This document shows, piece by piece, positions 38,861 through 46,906 of a DNA stretch of 64,000 nucleotides. A program made the translations under genes and the position numbers. The notes under the pieces were generated by a model. The model saw only the letters and a list, made by a program, of their open reading frames with translations, was not told where the DNA came from and did not search any database. The stretch is from Bryobacterales bacterium (lineage in GTDB: Bacteria > Acidobacteriota > Terriglobia > Bryobacterales > UBA6623), in assembly GCA_965248365.1 (NCBI GenBank), contig CBDFJA010000004.1:342187-406186 (forward strand). The letters are read 5' to 3'. How positions within the stretch are numbered: the stretch's first letter is position 1; the number at the start of each line of letters is the position of its first letter.

Positions 38861-40315
38861 CTAATTCGCAAGTCGCTGCGGGGTCGGCTTTAGCTGCCGG
38901 GCTTGGCGGAAAGCCTCCTCCGCGGCTTTCAGATTTCCCTTCTTACGATAGATGACCCCCAGGGAATGATGTGCTTCCGCATAGGCAGGCTTCAAACGGA
39001 CAGCTTCCTGAAACTCTTCCGCGGACCGCTCCAGTTGTCCCAGTTGGGCCAACATCAGGCCGAGGTTCAAGCGACTGGGAGCGGAGTCGGGCTCGATCCG
39101 CACAACGGCTTCGAACTCCTTTAGGGCTTCTTCCGCGCGGCCTTGGAAACTCAGCACAACGGCCAGATTATTGTGTGCGTCCGCGTAGTCCGGATCCGCC
39201 TTTATGGCGAGCCGGTACTGAGCCGCGGCGCCATCCAGGTCCTGTTTCTGTTGCAGCAACCGGCCGAGATTGTAATGCGCGGCGACGGAATCCGGTTCCA
39301 GCGCCAGGGCATTTCGGAATTCCTGAATGGCTGCATCCAACACACCTTTCCCGGCCAGTTCCGCGCCTCGATTCACATGAGCAATTACCTGGTCGGCCCG
39401 GTCAGAACGCTGCTTGGAAGCGCTCTTTAACTCGCGAAACTTCGTCAGTGCGGACTTCCAACCCTCCAAATCCCCCATCTTCCGCAGGACGTGACTTAGT
39501 TGGTAGTAGGCCGAATCGTAGCTTGGATCCAGCGCAATGGCCTGTCGAAGAGCTACCACACTTTCTTCGAATTCCCCCTTACCCTTCAGGACGTATCCGA
39601 GATTGTAGAACAGCTTCGGGTCCTCCGGTTGGCAGCGGGTCGCCTCACGAAACATCCGGGCAGCCTCGTCGAGGTCCGCGACGGCGCGATATGCCAGGGC
39701 GAGATTCATGCGGGCTAGACAGGACTCGGGATCCAGCTCCAGCGCCTTCTGGAATTCCAGGATGGAGTCGGCAGGCTGGCCCAGATCGCCGAGGACCGCG
39801 CCGAGATTCAGGTGGAACTCGGGTAAGTCTGGTTTCAGTTCAACAGCGCGACGCAGTTCGTCAGCAGCCGCCCTCCGGTCGTCCATCTGTTGGAGCACGA
39901 CCCCAAGACCCCCGTGCGCCTCGGCACTCTCGGGATCAATCTTCAGGGCCTGCCGATATGCACTTAAGGCCTGAGCCGGCGCGTTCATCTTACGATAGGC
40001 AGCGCCCAGCCCTAGATAGGGGCGCGGGTCGTCGGGAAGCAGTTCGGCGCTCAGTTGAAACTCCGGCACCGCGGCGTCTATGTCCCCGGCCGTTAGCAGT
40101 GAGACGGCGAGGTTCAGGTGCGCCTCTCCAAACTGCGGATCGAGTTGAATCGATTCGCGAAACTTTGCTATGGCTGGCGCAAGGCGCCCCTGGCGGGACA
40201 GCTGCACCCCCTCTTCATGGGCCACAACGGCTTGGCTAGCTTGGGCAGGATTTGCTACGGCCCCGAAGAGAAGTATCGCTGTTACGAGGACCGCACGCTT
40301 GTCCATGTTGGACAC
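38861..40315 (-). CDS. Secreted tetratricopeptide-repeat protein
   Basis: Signal peptide followed by many 34-aa repeats such as 'AHYNLG...A...YRLAIKADP'. Confidence 0.9.
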   Translation of the reverse strand: MSNMDKRAVLVTAILLFGAVANPAQASQAVVAHEEGVQLSRQGRLAPAIAKFRESIQLDPQFGEAHLNLAVSLLTAGDIDAAVPEFQLSAELLPDDPRPYLGLGAAYRKMNAPAQALSAYRQALKIDPESAEAHGGLGVVLQQMDDRRAAADELRRAVELKPDLPEFHLNLGAVLGDLGQPADSILEFQKALELDPESCLARMNLALAYRAVADLDEAARMFREATRCQPEDPKLFYNLGYVLKGKGEFEESVVALRQAIALDPSYDSAYYQLSHVLRKMGDLEGWKSALTKFRELKSASKQRSDRADQVIAHVNRGAELAGKGVLDAAIQEFRNALALEPDSVAAHYNLGRLLQQKQDLDGAAAQYRLAIKADPDYADAHNNLAVVLSFQGRAEEALKEFEAVVRIEPDSAPSRLNLGLMLAQLGQLERSAEEFQEAVRLKPAYAEAHHSLGVIYRKKGNLKAAEEAFRQARQLKPTPQRLAN

Positions 40316-40364
40316 CCCCGATAGGGAAGGGAAGATTTCCCTTCCCTATCGACAGGATACCAGC

Positions 40365-43300
40365 CTAGAAGTAAAGCTTCAGGCTGAGCTGAATGACGCG
40401 GTTGCCGCCAGGGGACACGGTGCTGACGATCGTACCGAAGCCAGGCGTGTTAAACGTCATGTTGGGGTTGTTGTAATTGGGGTGGTTGAACAGGTCGAAG
40501 AAATCCGCTCGCAGGTCCAGCAGATACCGCTCGGTGAACCGGATCTTCTTAATGAGAGCCACGTCCAGGCTGTTGTAACCAGGACCGTACACCTGCGTGT
40601 GAGCGGCGCCAAAGGTGAAGGGGTCCGGCTGCTGGACAACGGACGTGTCAAACCAGGTACCGGCTCGGGGGTCAAAATTGCTGCTAAACACCGCCGGCTT
40701 GGAGGTGAGGTTGACGCCTTGTTGGCCACCTAGGGAATTTGTCGTGTTTTGGGCGTTCCCCCAATACTGCGGCCTGCCCGAGGTTAGCTCATACCGCCCG
40801 GTTAAACTCCAGCCTCCGAGCACCTGCGCTGCCGGCCCGGAGGAAAGATTTGGCTTGCCGTGACCGAACGGCAACTCATAGGTGCCGGCGAAAATATACC
40901 GATGCCGCACGTCAGCAGGGGCGGGGCCGTACTGCTGGCCGAGCTGGTAGAAATCCCGATAGTAGCTTACGCTGTCGAGTTGTTTGGCCCAGGTGTAGTG
41001 CGTCGTGAACGCCAAGCCACTAGAGAAGTTCCGCGTGAACTGGAGGATCCCCGCGTGGTAGTTGGAAGTGCCATGGGGAACGCCACGTGAGCTGATGTTG
41101 CCGAACTGTGGGAAGGGGCGGCGCGCTTGCAGTTCACCGGGGCCCCCAGGACCCAGCAACTCTGTCGGTATCTGATTGTGGTTGAGCGACCCCTGAATCG
41201 GCACGTGCCGAACCAGATTGGCCAAGTAGCTTAGGGTCACAAACATGCTGCTCCTCAGCTGTTTTTGGACGGCCAGGTTGAACTGCTGGCTGTAGGCAAG
41301 AGGGCGGGGCTGCCAGTAGATTTCCGGGTTGAAAATAGGTTGCTCCCCGACGGGTACCGACCCAAAGGAATCGTTGAACTGGGGCCTGGGCGGTTCCGGT
41401 ATGGCGTTCTCGAGAGTAAAAGGTGACTGGAGACCCAGCGCATCGCTGGTGGGCCTGAAATTAATGACCGTCCCACCGTGAAAGGGGCCGTTCCAAACTA
41501 TATTCCCCCAATCTGCGCCGGGCAGATACCACCCATAGCCCCCGCGGATCACCAAGTCTTGTCGCGGGTTCCAGGCAAACCCAAAGCGGGGCGCCACATG
41601 CCACTTGTTGCTATCGTGCAGCGGGACGTGCTCGAAGGTGCGGGCGAAAATGTCGCGGGCAAACGTGATGACTCCCGGCGTGCCACTCACGGGATTGATC
41701 TTCACCTCGCGTCCCAATTCTTGGCTTCCGTCCGCGGCAAACAGGAAGCTCGAGTTTTCTCCCACCTCGTACGCCGGCGTGTCGTACTCATAGCGGAACC
41801 CGATGTTCAGTGTCAGGTTAGGCCGCACTTTCCAGTCATCCTGGACAAAAAGACTAATGTGGCTGCTACGCCGGTCGTTTGGGGTCGTCTCCACCTGCTC
41901 CCCAGCGTCGACCTCGCCGAGCATGAATGACGCATAGGCGACTCCGGTCCCCGCCTCGAGCGGCTGAGCCGTGTGAGCCGCGGCAAAGAAGAACCGGCCC
42001 GAGGGAGTCAACCGCAGCTTGTTCTTGGCGGCGGAGTACTTATACACACCGCCCATCTTGAGAGTATGTTTGCCGCGAATATTCGTTACCGTCAGCGAAG
42101 GCCCAGTGATGTAATAATTGCCGGCATAATTCTGCGCAAAGCCGCCCGCCCCGATCTGGGCTACGCCGGTGATACTGAAGATAGGAAACACATCGGGACC
42201 GAGATTCTGCAAGCCCAGCCTTCCGGCCCAATCGGTCTGAAAGTCTTCCGGAAGGCCGGCTTGACTAATGAACTGGAATCGACTCCACCAGAAGCGGAAA
42301 TCGCTAATCAGCGTCGGTGTTAGGACGGCGGTGTGGCCCGCCTGCCAGACGCGGCTCAACACGGTGTAAAACCGCTTGTCCGGATCGGATGACGTACAGC
42401 AGGCGTGCTCCGAAAGAGGCCCCTGAACACCCGGGTCCGTAAACTCCTTCATGTAACGCATAAAGATCCGGTGATTCTCATTGAAGTTGTGATCGAGTTT
42501 GACGCCCTGATAGTCCCGGTTGAGGTCATTGGCGATTCCTGTTCCCAGAAGGTTATTGGCACCCGAGACCGTTCCTGGCGCGTTCGGGGCCGGCCAAAAA
42601 CTGGTCAGGGTGTTCGAAACCGAATCAATACGCGACGCTGGGACGACATTGCCCAGGAAGGGTTGCCGCATAAACACCGGGCTTTCAGCGGTGCCCGTAT
42701 TGACCGTGGTTGCCGGGTCGTAGATGGGGATCAGAGATCCTCCGTCGCTAAAGCTTTGTGAGAAGTCTCCGGCTTTCATCAACGCGGTGGGAGTCGTCAG
42801 GAGCTTGGGGCTGGCCACCAGTTCGAGTTGGCCGTCGATATTGACGAAGAAAAAGGTTTTGTTCTTTATGATGGGACCGCCGACGGTGCCGCCGAATTGA
42901 TTGTAGTTGTGCGGCGGCGTTTCCGGCAGAAAGGTGTTGCGCGCGTCAAAGGACCGGTTCTGCATGTAGTTGTAGACGGACCCACGCAGTTGATTGGTGC
43001 CCGACTTGGTGGTCGTGATGATGGTCAGACCGGCGCCCTCGCCGTACTCCGCCCCATAGTTGCTGACGATCAGGCGCAGTTCCTGCACGCTCTCCGGGGG
43101 CGGATTGATGACTGGCATATTGCCGTTGTCGCCAACGATGCGATTGTATTCGGTGTTCGACCCATCAATGTAAAAATTATGGCCCCGGCTGCCTGGATTG
43201 CCGGCCGCGGACACGAACGGCTGGTAACCCGAAAGATTAAAGCCCCGGCCGGAAACAGCCGTGCTAAATCGGACGGTGGGCGAAATGTCAATCATCTCCC

Positions 43301-43766
43301 ACGTGTGTCGCGTGACCACCGGCAGGTATTGGAATATCTCGGCGGGCACATCAGTACTAATCTGCACGGTGTCTGTTTGGAGCGAGACCGCGCCCGCTAT
43401 CGCCGCCACCTCGACCGTCTCCGCGACGTCTCCGATTTCCATCGTAATGTCGTACCGAAACACCTCCGCGGTGAACACCCGGAGGCCCGCGGCAGTGACG
43501 GTCTTGAAGCCTGCAAAGCTGGCCTCAATGTCGTACATGCCCGGCCGGACACGCACGTAATAGACCCCCTGTGAGTTGGTCTCCAACGTACTTTTTGTAT
43601 TCGTTGATACCTCTGTCACGATCACCGCAACCCCAGGAACCACGAGCCCACTTGGGTCTGTCACGATTCCCGTGATTTCACTGCCCACCTGACCAAACGA
43701 ATTCGTGGTGCAAGTGAAAACAAGCGCCAACGCCACAACGACGTACCGCGTCCGTATCATATGCAT
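40365..43766 (-). CDS. TonB-dependent receptor (Oar-like, carboxypeptidase-regulatory N-domain)
   Basis: Signal peptide, 'ITGIVTDPSGLVVPG', 'TKSGTN', 'YNQFGGTVGGP', C-terminal 'RVIQLSLKLYF'. Confidence 0.93.
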   Translation of the reverse strand: MHMIRTRYVVVALALVFTCTTNSFGQVGSEITGIVTDPSGLVVPGVAVIVTEVSTNTKSTLETNSQGVYYVRVRPGMYDIEASFAGFKTVTAAGLRVFTAEVFRYDITMEIGDVAETVEVAAIAGAVSLQTDTVQISTDVPAEIFQYLPVVTRHTWEMIDISPTVRFSTAVSGRGFNLSGYQPFVSAAGNPGSRGHNFYIDGSNTEYNRIVGDNGNMPVINPPPESVQELRLIVSNYGAEYGEGAGLTIITTTKSGTNQLRGSVYNYMQNRSFDARNTFLPETPPHNYNQFGGTVGGPIIKNKTFFFVNIDGQLELVASPKLLTTPTALMKAGDFSQSFSDGGSLIPIYDPATTVNTGTAESPVFMRQPFLGNVVPASRIDSVSNTLTSFWPAPNAPGTVSGANNLLGTGIANDLNRDYQGVKLDHNFNENHRIFMRYMKEFTDPGVQGPLSEHACCTSSDPDKRFYTVLSRVWQAGHTAVLTPTLISDFRFWWSRFQFISQAGLPEDFQTDWAGRLGLQNLGPDVFPIFSITGVAQIGAGGFAQNYAGNYYITGPSLTVTNIRGKHTLKMGGVYKYSAAKNKLRLTPSGRFFFAAAHTAQPLEAGTGVAYASFMLGEVDAGEQVETTPNDRRSSHISLFVQDDWKVRPNLTLNIGFRYEYDTPAYEVGENSSFLFAADGSQELGREVKINPVSGTPGVITFARDIFARTFEHVPLHDSNKWHVAPRFGFAWNPRQDLVIRGGYGWYLPGADWGNIVWNGPFHGGTVINFRPTSDALGLQSPFTLENAIPEPPRPQFNDSFGSVPVGEQPIFNPEIYWQPRPLAYSQQFNLAVQKQLRSSMFVTLSYLANLVRHVPIQGSLNHNQIPTELLGPGGPGELQARRPFPQFGNISSRGVPHGTSNYHAGILQFTRNFSSGLAFTTHYTWAKQLDSVSYYRDFYQLGQQYGPAPADVRHRYIFAGTYELPFGHGKPNLSSGPAAQVLGGWSLTGRYELTSGRPQYWGNAQNTTNSLGGQQGVNLTSKPAVFSSNFDPRAGTWFDTSVVQQPDPFTFGAAHTQVYGPGYNSLDVALIKKIRFTERYLLDLRADFFDLFNHPNYNNPNMTFNTPGFGTIVSTVSPGGNRVIQLSLKLYF

Positions 43767-44074
43767 GTCTATTTCCCCCTTGAAAGCTGAGCACAGGGAA
43801 CTACAGTAAACTAGTATTACGATATTATCGGTGAATAGGCTGGTGGTTGTCAAGTGTCAAGTACTTCCATGCTGTAAACTTATGCTGTGTCGCAACGTGC
43901 GTTGTGTGAAACCGCTGCCGTGCTGCCAAGGGGCCGGGCGCTAAAAATCCGGGCAGCCCACAGGCTCACGATGTGCTCTCGGTTTCCTATCGAGAGCCCG
44001 CTACTACAGCGTCGGCGTGATGAGGGTTGCACGAGGTGGCCAGTGGCGGAGATGCCAGGAGCTGCTTCATCGCG

Positions 44075-44965
44075 ATGAAACGGACAAGGCTTAGCCGACT
44101 GTTGCCGGCCGTATTTGTGGCTCTATTCTCAAGCCACACGCCTGCGCAGGAAGAGCCTGAGCGGGACGACCTGATTATAGAGACATGGACACGCACGTAC
44201 GGACCGTTGGATCTGGAGGCGGAAAGGCTGCAACAAACCCCTCCCAGAATGGAACTCACCTTTCCCGAAGACCTCTGGCTTGTGGGATTTGGGACCGAAA
44301 TTGTCGATTCCTCGGGGAACAGGCTCTCGAGAGAATTGCAGTGCCATACCTTCCTGGGCACCTCCCTTCCCGTACATCACTCTCATGATCAGGTCGCCGG
44401 CTTGTTTTCCGACGGCTACACCGAGAACTTCCGTTTGCCTTCTGGTTTCGGCATTTTCTTCAAAGCGGGACAGACAGTGTTCTGGACACCGATGTTCAAC
44501 AACCGTGCTACCGAAAATACATCGGCGGCGATGAAGATAACCCTGGAGGTCGTGCGGGACAGGTATCTCAAACGTCCGCTTCAGGAACTAACCACGACAT
44601 TTCGCACAATCCAGGTACCCGATCTCTACTACGTGCCGCCAGGACGAGACGTCCGCGAAACTACGTTTGACGCGCCCTTCGTCGGCCGGATCCACGCGAT
44701 CGGAACACATATACATCCTTATGGGGTCTCGATTGAGCTGATCAACGTTACCCGTGAGGAATCTGTCTGGAAAGCGGTCGGAAGACGGGATGCAACGGGC
44801 AACCTCGTGAGCATGCCAACCTACACCAGCCGAGAAGGCTACTCCGTCCATGCCGGTGACCGTTTCAAGCTGATCGCCGTTTACGAAAACACTAGCGACC
44901 GGCCCGTGGATGCCATGGCTGGGATGTTTATTCTGTACGTTCCGCAGCCGGCCGCCGAAGAATGA
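44075..44965 (+). CDS. Secreted protein with Cu type II ascorbate-dependent monooxygenase (PHM/PNGase F)-like features
   Basis: Signal peptide, His clusters 'CHT', 'VHHSH', HxH 'GTHIHPYG', distal Met 'YENTS...DAMAGM'. Confidence 0.55.
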   Translation: MKRTRLSRLLPAVFVALFSSHTPAQEEPERDDLIIETWTRTYGPLDLEAERLQQTPPRMELTFPEDLWLVGFGTEIVDSSGNRLSRELQCHTFLGTSLPVHHSHDQVAGLFSDGYTENFRLPSGFGIFFKAGQTVFWTPMFNNRATENTSAAMKITLEVVRDRYLKRPLQELTTTFRTIQVPDLYYVPPGRDVRETTFDAPFVGRIHAIGTHIHPYGVSIELINVTREESVWKAVGRRDATGNLVSMPTYTSREGYSVHAGDRFKLIAVYENTSDRPVDAMAGMFILYVPQPAAEE

Positions 44966-45002
44966 GAGTCCGCCTGCCGGTAAAGCTCGCGGGTCACGGT
45001 TT

Positions 45003-45125
45003 AGGGTCAAAGTTCCGCAGGCCGCGTTGGTCTCCGATTCGGACTTGGTGTCTGGACCGGTGCACGGGGCGCGCCGGGCCACACATCTAAAAAGCCGGTT
45101 TCCTTTTTACCTAGCTCGGTCGCTT
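45003..45125 (-). repeat. Second copy of the 130-bp repeat; forms the 3' end of the FecR-like ORF
   Basis: Reverse complement aligns with 31403-31532. Confidence 0.85.
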
Positions 45126-45600
45126 CAAGCGCCGCGACCTTCTCACCTTGCCACTTATCTAGTGAGTCCTTCTGCGAGCGATCGAATTTTTTGACGGTAG
45201 GTCCACGATCCGGTTCGGCCAACGCGAGCGACCATTTCTTTTTCACTTTGTGCACGGACCCGTTGGCAGACACGACGGCCTTGCCATCGAAAACCTTGAG
45301 CCGCAAAGGTTCTCCAGCCGGAGCGTCTAAACGGTACACGCCGAGCTTGTCAAACCTAACCAAGGCGTCGCCGGAGTGAACCGAGAGCCCGTCCAAATAG
45401 GCGTTACTCACCACGTGCAGGGCGGCAGATCCGGAAATCAAGCGCACTTTCAGGTCGCTGAGGTGAGGCTGGACCATCTCAAGCTCTGTGTTTTCCCCCA
45501 CACCTAAGAGCAGACCAGGTGCAAGGACGACTTCCGCTCGCCCGGCCCCGGTACGGAGACGCTGGCCCGCCTCTAGATGGCCTTTTCCGGACTCGGGGCT
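45007..45600 (-). pseudogene. FecR-domain protein lacking its 5' end
   Basis: Frame upstream of GTG 45501 reads 'GQRLRTGAGRAEVVLAPGLLLGVGENTELEM', then 'GVYRLDA', 'LKVFDGKAVV'; no start or signal peptide. Confidence 0.7.
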
Positions 45601-45683
45601 GGAATTGGAGCCTTGCTCGGCACCCTTGTTCGGGAGCGGGCTGTAATTTACGAGGTACCTTGATCCTACGGAACACCGGCGAC

Positions 45684-45881
45684 TCAGAAGCGCTCCAGGC
45701 GTTGATGGCTCAGGTGATGGCCGCGGCGGACGATTCTGGGCCGCGTGAACGGGGGATTCATGATGACCAGATCGCAGGACCTGTCCTCGATCGTGACGGA
45801 GTGTTCGCTGCGGGCGCCCGCTAGAATATCGAGGCGGCCGTCGAAGACGGTACTCTCTGGCAATTCGGAGATGGTGGTCAA
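45684..45881 (-). pseudogene. Fragment of an N6-adenine DNA methyltransferase (type IIG/RM-like)
   Basis: Catalytic motif IV 'CDLVIMNPPFTRP'. Confidence 0.65.
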
Positions 45882-45882
45882 C

Positions 45883-46018
45883 GGTTCCAGCTTTCCTGGT
45901 TGTTGCCAGTTATACGGCTTCCCTGCTCCGCCGATTTCTCGACGGGACGGGGAGGGCTTCTCCAGTTGCTCAGCATGCCCTTGTCACCGTGCTGTCCCTA
46001 CCACCCCGCCGGAGTGAC
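45883..46018 (-). mobile_element. Group II intron domain I fragment
   Basis: Reverse complement CACTCCGGCGGGGTGGTAGGGACAGCACGGTGACAAGGGCATGCTGAGCAACTGGAGAAGCCCTCC matches sequence recalled from upstream of bacterial ltrA genes; no RT ORF or domain V present. Confidence 0.6.
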
Positions 46019-46020
46019 CG

Positions 46021-46150
46021 GGCGCCGAACGGTGATCTACGCGACGCGCGCTGCCGCGGACGCACTGGAGGTCGCGGATCGGATCGCGATCCTGCGGCGA
46101 GGACGGATCGTGCAGTGCGGGACGCCGTCAGAGATACGCCGCACACCGTT
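46021..46150 (+). pseudogene. Degenerate C-terminal fragment of an ABC ATPase
   Basis: 'TVIYATRAAADALEVADRIAILRRGRIVQCGTP'; H-loop eroded. Confidence 0.6.
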
Positions 46151-46291
46151 GCGGAGCTGGCGCTGGCGCCGCTGTGTAGTCTGCCGTAGAACGGAGTTAC
46201 GCGAGGTTGGATCAGTTCGAGAAGCGCTTTCATTTGATGGATCAGTGGGCGGCGTACATGACCGGCGGCAGCGCGAAGGTGGTACGTCTGC

Positions 46292-46750
46292 ATGGATGAC
46301 GCGAGATTCAAGTCGGCTGTGCAGCTCGCCAGCGACACCCGCAAGGAGGTTGAAGCGGCGATGGAAACGTCGCCGGAAGCCCTCGCCGAGGGCTACCGCA
46401 AGGCTCCCGCGGAACGCCGCCCGGTGCTGCTTGCTCAACTGATCCGGTGTTCCAGAGAGATCAGGGCGGCGTGGGATGGCGTCAGTTTGATTGCTCAACA
46501 ACTGCTGCGGGACGGTGAGCCGCTCCCCGGCGAGCTGGCCTCATGGATGGCCGACGTGCTGGCGAGGAAACGCTCGCGGCCGACAGCGCGAGGCAAGGAC
46601 CCGGATGCAAACTTCGTGCGAAACAGAGCCATCGTTGACGCAGTTCAATGGCTGGTTCAGCAGGGATTCCGTGCGACACGCAGCAAAGCGATGGCGGTCG
46701 CGAGCGTCGAAGGCGGTTCCGCTTGCGATGCAGGCCGAAGACAGTCGTAG
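46292..46750 (+). CDS. Hypothetical protein
   Basis: 152-aa ATG ORF with protein-like composition; no recognised motif. Confidence 0.45.
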   Translation: MDDARFKSAVQLASDTRKEVEAAMETSPEALAEGYRKAPAERRPVLLAQLIRCSREIRAAWDGVSLIAQQLLRDGEPLPGELASWMADVLARKRSRPTARGKDPDANFVRNRAIVDAVQWLVQQGFRATRSKAMAVASVEGGSACDAGRRQS

Positions 46751-46906
46751 CCAGCAGAACGATCAGCGGCCAGATCACTCGCTGTAGAACATCAATACGG
46801 GAAGTCTGAGTTTTGATCTCGGCCTTGACCTCAGTGATCGCCGCGTCGCATTGTGGCGCAAGGGAGGCTACGTTGGTGTCACACCGACTACCGCACAGTT
46901 GGTTGC

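Noticed and set aside
34653-43766. NRPS/PKS or RiPP biosynthetic cluster
   Set aside because: No condensation, adenylation or ketosynthase domains and no precursor peptide; content fits uptake and catabolism better
46800-46880. IS110-like N-terminal motif LGLDLSDR
   Set aside because: Only about 8 residues match, with no continuing transposase sequence
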